IMG/VR virus record: IMGVR_UViG_3300021197_000933 | Coordinates: 2,670-66,669 of that record | Source of the DNA: a virus | Length of the DNA: 64,000 bases | Reading direction: 5' to 3' (one strand) | Shown: positions 20,181 to 29,376 of the stretch, piece after piece | Layout of the letters: each line of letters opens with the position of its first letter | Numbering within the stretch: the stretch's first letter is position 1 | Notes under the pieces: model-generated | The model's database searches: none | Seen by the model: the letters and a program-made list of their open reading frames with translations, nothing else | Told to the model about the DNA's origin: nothing | Translations under genes and position numbers: made by a program

Positions 20181-20735
20181 CTAAGAAGGAATATCGATCC
20201 GTGCAATGACGTAACCGGCACCGTAAGCTGCGCTGCTAGACTCGGTCTCAAGAGCGATACCGATGGCCTGCAAAGGTACACCCGCGCCATTCGCGATAGT
20301 GTCCACTTCACCAGCTGTGTTGTCTCCGTCCGAAGCCAAAAGGTCACCTGCGGCGACCCCTGCTTCAGCTTCAACAACGCAAGCACCCTTGCAGATGATC
20401 CAGCCAAACTTACCCGATGCGATGGCGTGATCGGCTACGCCGAGCAAGTCATAGATCATTGTCTCACTGGCGGCATCTTCAGCGGCCTTGAATGGAGTAG
20501 TGTCAGCGTTACGCTTGCACAAAGAACCCGCTGCAATAAGAGCAGCAGCCTCAACAAACACCCAAGTACGAGTACCGGAAAGCATAAGCTTCTCGGCATC
20601 GGTAAGAGTGGTCGTAGTGCTTACACCCGATCCATTCGCAGCAACTTCGTCTGCAGACTGAACATACTTAGTACCCAGCTCGTAAACAGCTGAGTCATAA
20701 GTAGTAGACAATGCGTCTGTTTTAACAGTTCCCAT
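20181..20735 (-). CDS. Capsid cement/decoration-like protein
   Basis: 184 aa, Ala/Gly-rich (GVADHAIASGKFGWI..IGIALE), immediately after the MCP. Confidence 0.65.
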   Translation of the reverse strand: MGTVKTDALSTTYDSAVYELGTKYVQSADEVAANGSGVSTTTTLTDAEKLMLSGTRTWVFVEAAALIAAGSLCKRNADTTPFKAAEDAASETMIYDLLGVADHAIASGKFGWIICKGACVVEAEAGVAAGDLLASDGDNTAGEVDTIANGAGVPLQAIGIALETESSSAAYGAGYVIARIDIPS

Positions 20736-20747
20736 GATTTACCTTCC

Positions 20748-21842
20748 TTACGCCGTAGCGGTAGTACCAGCGGTACCAGTTACAGCGCCCTGAGCAGGGA
20801 GCTTGGTGCAGATCATGTTTCCTTGCATAGCAAACAGAGCAGTAACTACGTCCTGGTCACCGACACGTTCCTTGAACTCAGAGATGTTCGGAGCTTCGAG
20901 CATCGGGAATTCAATGTAGTCAGTGTTGAGGAAGTAAGAAACTCCGTCAGCTGCAGCGGTACCTGAGAACGCAGAGTCATCCTTGTCGAGATCGATCGAC
21001 GAGTGGACCTTGGCCAAACCGAGCTCGAGAGCCATGGTGTTGGTCTTGTCCGTCTTGTCGTCTACAAGACTGATGCGTACGTTGTTCTGCAGACGGTTCT
21101 GATCATACAGAGTGTATGTATCGTCGTCCATGATCACAAGGTCAGGACCCTTACCAGGACCACCCGCGTAGTGCGAACACTTACGGTAGATCCGACGGAG
21201 GGGGTGAAGACCGTTAGCAGAGAATCCTGCAGTCGATGTCACATCTTCAAACTGGTTGAAGTGAGAAATCGTGCTGCTCTTTGCTACGCCCTGAACTTCT
21301 TGTGCGTCTGATGTCTGCTCTGCGATTGTACGGAAGTCAATGAGACCATGGGTCACACCGGTTCCGATACCGTCAGAAACAGCACCATTAAGAGTCAGGA
21401 ATCCCTTGAGCTCAGAAGTAGTGAACACAAGACCACGGCTGACACCAGTGAGGAAGTACTTGTTCAAGTCTGCCTTCACCGCTTCCATAGTGGTTTGTGG
21501 GTACTCTTCGATAAGACGAATGACAGCCAGCTTACCGCTGTTCTGGTTCATCTCACGCTTAGGAATGTTAACAGCGACAACAACACGGTGAGGTTCAACT
21601 TGGAACCGGTTGATTTGTTGACGACGTGTCATGTTCAGTAGCTCATCACCGACGTAAACGCCGACACCACGAGCAGGTGCACCACCGGCGAAGGAACGCT
21701 CAATACGAGTTCCTCCCTCCATGGGCATACGTGCCTTAGTTGTCAACGCCTCGAACAGTTCATTGCTACGAACAAATGAGTTCACTAGAGGTCCACGGAG
21801 ATCCGCAAACGTAGTGTTCAATAGTTCTGTACTAATGGACAT
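20748..21842 (-). CDS. Major capsid protein (HK97 fold)
   Basis: 364 aa with typical motifs (GGTRIE, LKGFLTL, GPDLVIM, SYFLNTDYI, QGNMIC). Confidence 0.85.
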   Translation of the reverse strand: MSISTELLNTTFADLRGPLVNSFVRSNELFEALTTKARMPMEGGTRIERSFAGGAPARGVGVYVGDELLNMTRRQQINRFQVEPHRVVVAVNIPKREMNQNSGKLAVIRLIEEYPQTTMEAVKADLNKYFLTGVSRGLVFTTSELKGFLTLNGAVSDGIGTGVTHGLIDFRTIAEQTSDAQEVQGVAKSSTISHFNQFEDVTSTAGFSANGLHPLRRIYRKCSHYAGGPGKGPDLVIMDDDTYTLYDQNRLQNNVRISLVDDKTDKTNTMALELGLAKVHSSIDLDKDDSAFSGTAAADGVSYFLNTDYIEFPMLEAPNISEFKERVGDQDVVTALFAMQGNMICTKLPAQGAVTGTAGTTATA

Positions 21843-21854
21843 TTTTGGCCTTTG

Positions 21855-21970
21855 GCTGCGAGACTATACTTAATCTGCAACCGAGATAATATAGATTAGG
21901 GATTTGCGTCTCGCCTGCCCGGAGTGACCTCGTCGGACCTTTCGGCTGCCCGACACACTAATTGGGTGCG
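21855..21970 (-). promoter_or_regulatory. Structured 5' leader of the MCP gene
   Basis: Stems GCGAGAC/GTCTCGC (21858-64, 21908-14) and TAATCT/AGATTA, plus hairpin GUCGG-GCAG-CC-GAAA-GG-U-CCGAC (21932-54). Confidence 0.5.
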
Positions 21971-22051
21971 TATCTCATGTATACATTACAAAGTCTAACC
22001 GTGCAACCTTAAGGCCCTACCATACCACTTGTCATCAAACATGATACCCTC

Positions 22052-23710
22052 ATGAATATGGCAAACGCTCAACGCAAGACGACCAAGAGACAATCCGGTG
22101 CCCGGTACGCTGATGTACCAGGGATACATGCCGGTAAAGTCCGTGCACTATTCTCAACACCTGATGCGTTTGTATCGATGTGTCAGATCGTCAGAGAAGA
22201 CGAAACTATAGGCTACATGGAGCCTACGTTTACCCAGAGGAAGGTTCTCGAAGCTTACGAGAACAACCAATGGATAATGGTAAACAAGTTCCGGCAAGCC
22301 AAGATAACTACCGTCTCCGTCATGCTCCTCCTAAGAGACTGCATGTTCTTAGAGGGAGTCAAGGGCCTCCTGATTGCGGAGCGTCAAGATACCGCTGAAG
22401 ATATCTTCGAGCGTATTCTCTTTGCCTACCAGAGACTTCCAGCTGATGTCCGAATGCCTCTCGCACCGGGGCGAAAGGCCGGAGCTACTCAAATGCAGTT
22501 TATTCATGGAGGCGGCATCAAGGTCCTAACTGCAGGCGGGCGTTCTCCCGCTATTGGTAGATCCATCGATCGCCTCGTCATCACAGAGTTTGGTGAAGCG
22601 CAGTGGCAAAAGAAAGCAGCCATCAACATATTCCCCACCGTTAACAAAAGACCAAACGCCAAAGTCATCTTAGAGTCAACGCCAGGTCGGGCAGGTTCCC
22701 ACCATGAGCAAATGTGGCAGTCAGCGCTAGAAGGAAACAGTAGGTTCACCCCAGTGTTCCTCGAATGGTGGAGAGACGAAAGCTGCCGTATCAAGGCAAA
22801 GGGCACCGACTTTAAGCCCGACGAGATCGAGTACCAGCAGAAACACGATGATATGGGATTGGGTAGCCTTACGTTTAGGCAGAGAGCTCTGGGCACAGAG
22901 TTTGTGGGAGACTCGCGTCTTTTCTCGTCTAAGTACCCGTCTGACCCGTACGACGGCTGGCTGGGATCTACCAACCCCGTCATGCCCGCTGAGCTTCTTA
23001 AGCCTGCGTTGGCTGCTGCCGATCCTGACCCTAAGCTCAGTATGTGCGGCATCTACGAGATTGACGCGCCTATCCCAGAGACGAAATACTTGATTACAGC
23101 TGACCCTGCAGGCTTCGGGTCTACCGGTGACAAGTCAGCCTTGACTGTGTGGGACACCTTTGAGCGAAAGGAAGTGGCTTTCTGGGAGGGGCGAGAAGCA
23201 CCTGACCGATTCTCTAAGCGACTACAGAGAGCCCAGAAGCGATACAACATGGGACTGCTCGCAGTCGAGTCAAACGCTACTGCCTGTATCGCCATCCTTA
23301 AAGAGAACGGAGCGCAGAATCTCTTGTGGACAAACCACAATCACCCAGGCTGGTACGCTACTAACAAAAGACTGCAAGAAGCAGAGGCCCTGCTCGTACG
23401 TATGCTACGGCACGAAGAGATAATACTGCGGAGTAAGGGGCTATTGCACCAGCTCCTGAACTATGATGGCACACGAAAGAAGAGAACAAAGGGCCTCGAC
23501 GGCGCTACTCATCACTTCGACCGCGCTCGAACAGCTGTAATGGCAGCAGACATTCTCTCGCGTCGGCATTTCGTTAAGGGCGCAACCGAGATACAGTCAC
23601 CACGGACACCGGGACAAGTCACAATCGGTGACTTAGACAGGCATAAGAGCTACAAAAAGCAAGTTGCAAAGAGTCCGTTCAACCCTATACCACGAGACAG
23701 GAGCTGGTAA
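22052..23710 (+). CDS. terL: Terminase large subunit
   Basis: ATPase motifs KFRQAKITT, LVITEFG, LESTPG; nuclease motifs ITADPAG, AVESN, HFDRA. Confidence 0.93.
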   Translation: MNMANAQRKTTKRQSGARYADVPGIHAGKVRALFSTPDAFVSMCQIVREDETIGYMEPTFTQRKVLEAYENNQWIMVNKFRQAKITTVSVMLLLRDCMFLEGVKGLLIAERQDTAEDIFERILFAYQRLPADVRMPLAPGRKAGATQMQFIHGGGIKVLTAGGRSPAIGRSIDRLVITEFGEAQWQKKAAINIFPTVNKRPNAKVILESTPGRAGSHHEQMWQSALEGNSRFTPVFLEWWRDESCRIKAKGTDFKPDEIEYQQKHDDMGLGSLTFRQRALGTEFVGDSRLFSSKYPSDPYDGWLGSTNPVMPAELLKPALAAADPDPKLSMCGIYEIDAPIPETKYLITADPAGFGSTGDKSALTVWDTFERKEVAFWEGREAPDRFSKRLQRAQKRYNMGLLAVESNATACIAILKENGAQNLLWTNHNHPGWYATNKRLQEAEALLVRMLRHEEIILRSKGLLHQLLNYDGTRKKRTKGLDGATHHFDRARTAVMAADILSRRHFVKGATEIQSPRTPGQVTIGDLDRHKSYKKQVAKSPFNPIPRDRSW

Positions 23711-23862
23711 TGGCTACAAAAAAGAAAGAGACATCAATCGAAAAGATGATGCGCGAGATGAAGATAGAAGGCGCAAAGCTTGACGCTGAGAATAAGGCCG
23801 AGAAAGACAAGAAAGACGCGAAAGCCATTGAGGCCGTCATCAAGTCCGATACCACCAAATAA
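23710..23862 (+). CDS. Small charged hypothetical protein (50 aa)
   Basis: TAATG-coupled to terL; MATKKKETSIEKMMREM...DTTK*. Confidence 0.65.
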   Translation: MATKKKETSIEKMMREMKIEGAKLDAENKAEKDKKDAKAIEAVIKSDTTK

Positions 23863-23884
23863 AATAGTCCCCGGAGATAGCGGC

Positions 23885-25627
23885 ATGGCACCTAAGCTCA
23901 ACTCGCTAATCAAGCGCCATCGTGCGTTCTACGATCAAAGCGAACGGAAACAGTTCGAGAAGGCACGTCGGTTTTACCGTGGTGACTTCTTTCGCTTCTC
24001 CGACTCAGACCTGGGCGGGGCGTCTCGTCACTACCTGTGTAGCAAGAACCTCATCTACGCTATCGCAGACACCGCTATCTCTGCGCTTATCGGCCCGCAC
24101 CCGCAAGTCGCGGCGATGCCGAGAACACCCCAGTCGGATGAGGCATCTCCATCCGTCACAGGGCTACTCGAGTACATCTTTGAGAAGAACCGGATGCGGC
24201 GCCGTGCGGCTACCGCTCTTATCGATGCCGTCTTGTGTAAGCGCGGCATCTTCAAGACTGGGTGGAACGCAGCGGAGGATCGGCCCGTTACTCGAGTAAT
24301 CGACCCCTCTGCCGTCTTCTTTGATATGACCGTGCGCGACGTAGAAGACATCCGTTACTGGCTTGAAGCTACTGTGGTGCCTTGGACGGAGTTCCAAGCT
24401 CGAGTGAAGCAGGGTCGGTACAAAGGCGAAAACGTCTCTCAGATTACGCCTGACAGGTACCCTAAGTGGCTGTCTACAGGTATGCAGAACGATAAGGGCT
24501 CAGGCGTCAAAGACGCGTTCCAGTGGGTCACTATCTGGGAGTACTACGATCGCGAAAGCGGAAAGGTGCAGCACTACAACCAGCAAGCAGACGCTGTGTT
24601 GTTTGAAGACAAGATCGACTACATCCCATACAGCATGTTCAGCCTGAACCACTCTGGCGTAGACTGCTTGGGCCTCAGTGAGGTCCAGCTCGTTCTCGAC
24701 CAACAAGAAACAGTCAACGACTTGCTCACCCACATGAAGCAGATTGTCTACTTGATGATCCCTCGTATCATGTACGACTCCGGTCGCTTGACTGAGGAAG
24801 ACCTCAATAAGGCAGTCGAGGCATCGGCTGGATCGTTTGTCGGGATTAGCCCACAGAACAGCGAAGCACTTCGGTCACTCGGTAGTCTCTTCTACGAGAT
24901 GCCTATGCCCGACACTCCCGTCGGTATCAAAGAGTTCATCGCACGAGAAGAAGACGACGCGGCGTTTATCTCTGCTCTGGCTGAAGCAGCGCGTGGTCAA
25001 GTCACCGGAGCTCGTACAGCTACCGAGATGGCTATCATCGATGCCCAAATGCGGACACGACTCGCTACCCGTGAGGGTCACGTACATGACGCACTTGAGG
25101 ATGTAGCCTCTAAGTCTTTCTACCTGTGCCAAAAGTACATGAAGAAAGAGAAGATGGTCCGTATTGCCGGTGACCGTAAGTGGACGCAGGTAGACCTTAA
25201 GAGCATCCAAGACCTCGAGATCGGGTTCAAGATGGTCAGCTACAACCCAATCCGACAGAACCCAAGTGTTCTTGCTGAGACGTTGATGCAGATGCTGCCA
25301 TTCCTCTCTCAAGACCCGAACGTCGATACACGCCGTCTGACCGAGGAGGTCCTTTCAGGCCTCGGTCTTCCTGCCCGTATCTTGATGCCAGAAGAAGATG
25401 TCGCTGCGGCGCAACAAGAAGCAATGATGGCGGCACAGTCGCAGTCTCTTGGCGGGGCCGCTGCAGGTCAACCGGCCATGGAAGCGCAGCAACAAGCCGA
25501 GGCAGAGGCGGCTATGGCGGATCTTCCGCCTGAGCTACTCGCGGCACTGGTGGGAGGTGAAGGCGGTTCGCCTGAAGAGGCACTCGCAGCTGGCGGAGGC
25601 GCGCCCATCAGAGAAGGACAAGCGTAA
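23885..25627 (+). CDS. Portal protein
   Basis: ~580 aa after terL; motifs GIFKTGW, RVIDPSAVFFD, TATEMAI; GGAG SD before ATG 23885. Confidence 0.9.
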   Translation: MAPKLNSLIKRHRAFYDQSERKQFEKARRFYRGDFFRFSDSDLGGASRHYLCSKNLIYAIADTAISALIGPHPQVAAMPRTPQSDEASPSVTGLLEYIFEKNRMRRRAATALIDAVLCKRGIFKTGWNAAEDRPVTRVIDPSAVFFDMTVRDVEDIRYWLEATVVPWTEFQARVKQGRYKGENVSQITPDRYPKWLSTGMQNDKGSGVKDAFQWVTIWEYYDRESGKVQHYNQQADAVLFEDKIDYIPYSMFSLNHSGVDCLGLSEVQLVLDQQETVNDLLTHMKQIVYLMIPRIMYDSGRLTEEDLNKAVEASAGSFVGISPQNSEALRSLGSLFYEMPMPDTPVGIKEFIAREEDDAAFISALAEAARGQVTGARTATEMAIIDAQMRTRLATREGHVHDALEDVASKSFYLCQKYMKKEKMVRIAGDRKWTQVDLKSIQDLEIGFKMVSYNPIRQNPSVLAETLMQMLPFLSQDPNVDTRRLTEEVLSGLGLPARILMPEEDVAAAQQEAMMAAQSQSLGGAAAGQPAMEAQQQAEAEAAMADLPPELLAALVGGEGGSPEEALAAGGGAPIREGQA

Positions 25628-25935
25628 TGGCACTGTCGAAACGAGACAAAGTGCGGAAGATGATGCTCATAAAGAAGCATAGGCTTGAAGGCGTCAACAA
25701 ACCTAAGCGCACACCGAAACACCCGACAAAGAGTCACATTGTACTCGCCCAGGAAGGCGACAAGATCAAACTCATCCGGTTTGGTGAACAAGGTGCCAGT
25801 ACCGCAGGTGACCCCAAGAAGGGTGAGTCTGACCGCATGAAGAAGAAGCGCGCAAGCTTCAAGGCACGGCACGCCAAGAATATCGCAAAGGGTAAGCTGA
25901 GCGCTGCTTACTGGGCCGATAAGGTGAAGTGGTAG
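25627..25935 (+). CDS. Small basic phage protein (IRFG..G / FKARH / SAAYW family)
   Basis: Recognised conserved motif set of small basic aquatic-phage proteins. Confidence 0.75.
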   Translation: MALSKRDKVRKMMLIKKHRLEGVNKPKRTPKHPTKSHIVLAQEGDKIKLIRFGEQGASTAGDPKKGESDRMKKKRASFKARHAKNIAKGKLSAAYWADKVKW

Positions 25936-26204
25936 TGGCTAAGTCTCGATCCGATAAAGCGCGTGAAGTCGTTAAAGCTAACAAAAGTAAGCGCAAGCCT
26001 CTAAGCGAATCCACCAAGAAGACACTCCGCGAGAAGGCCAAGAAGTCTGGTATCTCATACGGGAAACTCGCAAAAGTCTACCGCCGAGGTCAGGGGGCGT
26101 ACTTGTCTTCCGGGTCTCGCGGTGTCTCAATGGCGGCATGGGCGATGGGACGAGTCAACAGCTACATCGGCGGGTCTAAGAAACACGACACGGACTTGAG
26201 GTAG
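25929..26204 (+). CDS. Small basic protein, DUF5824-like
   Basis: KSGISYGKLAKVYRRGQGAY..SGSR..WAMGRVNS motif. Confidence 0.7.
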   Translation: MVVAKSRSDKAREVVKANKSKRKPLSESTKKTLREKAKKSGISYGKLAKVYRRGQGAYLSSGSRGVSMAAWAMGRVNSYIGGSKKHDTDLR

Positions 26205-26206
26205 TC

Positions 26207-26419
26207 ATGGCTCAACGAGAACAGGAATACCACCACGTCGACAAAAAGACGGATGAAGGCGTACCGTCAAAGTACGTAGCTCACGCTAAGGGTAAGAAGG
26301 CAAAAGACACGGCAGCCAAAGAGATTATCGCTACCGGCGAAGCATATCGAAGTGGCAAGGACATAGACATAAAGGCAGTTGAAGCTGCGAGAACTAAGCG
26401 TAAATCTACGCAATCATAG
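26207..26419 (+). CDS. Small basic hypothetical protein
   Basis: 70 aa, GVPSKYV motif, GAGG SD. Confidence 0.65.
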   Translation: MAQREQEYHHVDKKTDEGVPSKYVAHAKGKKAKDTAAKEIIATGEAYRSGKDIDIKAVEAARTKRKSTQS

Positions 26420-26428
26420 GAGTCAGAC

Positions 26429-26521
26429 ATGCCCGGTTACCACACAGGCGGAAAGAAGAACTACAGCGCAAAGCAAGCTGCTGCTATGGCCTACAAGAAG
26501 TCTAAGAAGAAAAAGTCGTAG
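26429..26521 (+). CDS. Very small Lys-rich protein (30 aa)
   Basis: AGGAG SD; MPGYHTGGKKNYSAKQAAAMAYKKSKKKKS*. Confidence 0.6.
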   Translation: MPGYHTGGKKNYSAKQAAAMAYKKSKKKKS

Positions 26522-26605
26522 TCCTCAAACGTAACAATCTGACCAAAAGCGTTATCATAAGTAGCGAAACCAAAACAAAGCCACGACCAGAAAGAGAGGT
26601 ACATC

Positions 26606-26953
26606 ATGGCATTAGTATTCCCCCAAGACGTTAGCACCCGTAAAGAGCTCAAGGACTGGCTACTCGAAGACGTAGCAGAAAGCAGGCTCGAGATCATAGA
26701 AAGCAAGAGCTCCGACTTCGGCAAGACCTTGTGGGTAGCTACACGCCCTGAACGCCCGAACCCACGCATGGTAGAAAACCAAGCACGCATTCTGTGCTTC
26801 CGCATGGAGAAGAGCGACGACGCCTGGGGCTACACTGAGTACGAAGAAGGGATGGCACCGTTTGTTGACTGCCCCGTATCTCTGTTTGATGCAGCTGGAC
26901 CGGCACCTACACTGCTTGCTGAGAAGTGGCGTAAGCGGGTACTCGCCAAGTGA
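26606..26953 (+). CDS. DUF6927-like hypothetical protein
   Basis: WGYTEYEEGMAPFVDCP..WRKRV motif. Confidence 0.6.
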   Translation: MALVFPQDVSTRKELKDWLLEDVAESRLEIIESKSSDFGKTLWVATRPERPNPRMVENQARILCFRMEKSDDAWGYTEYEEGMAPFVDCPVSLFDAAGPAPTLLAEKWRKRVLAK

Positions 26954-27414
26954 GCTTCATGATCAACAACTTAGAGTGCACAGGATGCGACCTCTTTGAT
27001 GTGGAAGTCTTCTACCGCCGATCCGAGGGGCCACCCGATTGCCCTGACTGCGGAAGCGAGAGGAAGATGAGCTTCAAGGGGCTGCGCTATGCCATCCACG
27101 GCCAAGGACCAGGTTCGTTTGTCCCAGTAAACTTCGGCGTACTCGGTAAAGCTGAGACGCGAGAGGATTATGACCGTTGTATTAAAACGATCGAAGATCG
27201 ATTCCCAGGTCATCGAGTGCAGATTGAAGGCGAGAATCCGCAGAAACACCAACAGCGGACAGACGAGAGACTGCATAAGCAATGGGAGCGCCGTAAGGCG
27301 CGAGGCAATGACGCGAAGATGGTTAAAGAGCTTGCTACTGAGCGGCGCACTATCCGCAAAGAGAAGGCTGCTGCGACTAAAGTCGGTAAAACTACGGACG
27401 TGAAAAGTGCCTGA
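26950..27414 (+). CDS. FmdB-like zinc-ribbon protein
   Basis: CxxC..CPxCG. Confidence 0.7.
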   Translation: MSFMINNLECTGCDLFDVEVFYRRSEGPPDCPDCGSERKMSFKGLRYAIHGQGPGSFVPVNFGVLGKAETREDYDRCIKTIEDRFPGHRVQIEGENPQKHQQRTDERLHKQWERRKARGNDAKMVKELATERRTIRKEKAAATKVGKTTDVKSA

Positions 27415-27661
27415 CCCATCAACTCGAAACAAAATAAACGACATCGAACTTGTCGAGTACGCCCAGATGCTGTCTAAATCGAACAACCGAACGCTTCGGT
27501 ACATAAAAGACGATAGCCGAACTGATGGATCTTTCTACGAGGACATGTCTTCTGGAGAGCGTCAGTGTGTACCTAAGAAGTTTCTTCGATCAATCGGTCT
27601 CGACGCAGCATTTGAACTTGTTGTGCTTGACCCCAATGAACTCATTCCCTCAACTAAATAG
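27407..27661 (+). CDS. Hypothetical protein
   Basis: 84-aa coupled ORF. Confidence 0.6.
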   Translation: MPDPSTRNKINDIELVEYAQMLSKSNNRTLRYIKDDSRTDGSFYEDMSSGERQCVPKKFLRSIGLDAAFELVVLDPNELIPSTK

Positions 27662-27678
27662 TCGCTAAGGAGACTCCC

Positions 27679-28233
27679 ATGCCCGTAGATCCTAACACCG
27701 GTAACCGCCTGCCCTACGAGGGTGAACCTGGATACGAAGAGGCTAAGAAGAAGTTCCCTGAACTTTACGCAGCTGAAGAAGGCGGGGACGAAGAGGAGAT
27801 GCCTGGCGACGAAGGCCCAGCTGACGCTGAAGAACAGCCCGAGGTCCCCGAAGATGTGGACGCTGAGAGAGACCTCAAGCCACTCATGGATGAAGCTGAC
27901 GCAATAATGGACGCAGAGGACGCGGAAGGCGCTGAGGCCGAAGAGAGCCCCGAGGAAGAGCCCGAAGAAGCGCCCGCAGAAGAAGAAGCACCCGAAGCTG
28001 GTGATGTCGGACCTCTCATGGAGACTCTTGGCATGTCACAAGAGCGCGCCGAAGAGATGCTGATGGCGGCTAAAGCTATTCCTCAGTATGCGGAGATGGG
28101 CTCAGAAGAACTCGCGGAGTTGTTGTCTAGTGACTTCCAAGTACTTATGGAACTTGAGCGGGCAGCGGCTGACTTGTCGAAGCCCGAAATGCCTGAAGAC
28201 GCGATGATGCAACCTCAAGCACCAATGGCTTAA
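27679..28233 (+). CDS. Highly acidic hypothetical (head morphogenesis) protein
   Basis: 184 aa, E/D/P-rich, AAGGAG SD. Confidence 0.7.
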   Translation: MPVDPNTGNRLPYEGEPGYEEAKKKFPELYAAEEGGDEEEMPGDEGPADAEEQPEVPEDVDAERDLKPLMDEADAIMDAEDAEGAEAEESPEEEPEEAPAEEEAPEAGDVGPLMETLGMSQERAEEMLMAAKAIPQYAEMGSEELAELLSSDFQVLMELERAAADLSKPEMPEDAMMQPQAPMA

Positions 28234-28259
28234 TCACGACTACTCATGTAGGAGAGCAC

Positions 28260-29228
28260 ATGTACCACAGTCACGAAGACTCAGAAGCAACCGAGACCAC
28301 CGAAACCGACACTACCCCTGTAGATGTTGAGGTCGATGACTCGGCTGCGGCTGACGAACCCGTAGAAGCAGCAGAACCCGTAGAAGCAGCCGCCGAGGCA
28401 GAACCTGAAGAGTCGATACCTGAAGTGTTCGACTGGAATGGGGAGGTCAACGGACTCAGAGACAGCGATTGGTTTAACGGCCTCGAAGACAACTTGAAGC
28501 AGTCACTGCTCAAGGGGTTTGAGACTAAGTACAATAACTGGCAGAGAGGCTACACCGACAAGTTCTCAGATATGTCGAAGACTCGCAAGAGACTGGACGC
28601 GCGCGAGAAAGACGTCAGAGAGCAAGAAGCACGCGTACAACGCTGGCTTAACGGTGACGTCGACCCCATGGTCGAGAAGCAAAAAGAGATCGATGAGCTC
28701 AAGCTAAAGCACCAAGCTACGATCGACACTCTCAAGCAAGAGTACGCAGACACTACCGAGAAAGCAGCAACTGCCTCTCAGTCTGAGCTCCAAGAGATCA
28801 TCAAAGAGCGCGAAGAGCTGCGTCAACGATTCCAGCAGATCGAAGACGCTAAGATGCAAGCCGAGAAAGTCGAGCTCGATAGTGCCGTCGAAGAGTTTGA
28901 GAGCTGGGTAAAGACGTCGGCACCTGAAGTCTACGACAACCCTAAAGCTTTCGACGCCCTCTGCGCACTGTGCATCGCTGAGATTGACCCTCACAAGGCA
29001 CTCAGCATGGTCAAGTCAGAGTACGGAGCACCGCCACCACCACCCGAGCCCGCACCAGAGCCAGAGCCCGAGCCAGAACCCGTACCCGACAGTATGGACA
29101 TGATGAGCATGGGTGCAGGTAGCAGCGGGACCGAAGCGGGTGAGCATCGATCCCTTGAAGACATCATGGATCAAATGAGACGTGCCGCACAACTGGATGC
29201 AACTACCGTAATGGGTGTTAAGGGATAG
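28260..29228 (+). CDS. Capsid scaffolding protein
   Basis: Acidic N-terminus, WQRGYTDKF motif, long coiled coil, C-terminal helix. Confidence 0.75.
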   Translation: MYHSHEDSEATETTETDTTPVDVEVDDSAAADEPVEAAEPVEAAAEAEPEESIPEVFDWNGEVNGLRDSDWFNGLEDNLKQSLLKGFETKYNNWQRGYTDKFSDMSKTRKRLDAREKDVREQEARVQRWLNGDVDPMVEKQKEIDELKLKHQATIDTLKQEYADTTEKAATASQSELQEIIKEREELRQRFQQIEDAKMQAEKVELDSAVEEFESWVKTSAPEVYDNPKAFDALCALCIAEIDPHKALSMVKSEYGAPPPPPEPAPEPEPEPEPVPDSMDMMSMGAGSSGTEAGEHRSLEDIMDQMRRAAQLDATTVMGVKG

Positions 29229-29252
29229 TACGTCTATTCCCCCTGTAGCCGT

Positions 29253-29345
29253 AAAAATGGCCCCACCTGGTACACCCATACCAAGTGGGGCCGCACTTTG
29301 TAGGAGAGAGCGTTGGGTGAACCAACCCTACAAAATGCAACTGTG
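29253..29345 (-). ncRNA. Candidate small structured RNA or 3'UTR ending in an intrinsic terminator
   Basis: Two hairpins (29259-92, 29293-338) whose mismatches are G-U only on the minus strand, followed by a U5 tail. Confidence 0.45.
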
Positions 29346-29376
29346 GGGTTGATGTACCAGTAACACCTATACGGAG

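Noticed and set aside
21843-29376. Actively invertible segment with recombinase sites
   Set aside because: I found no inverted repeats at the two boundaries by eye, and no invertase in the window.
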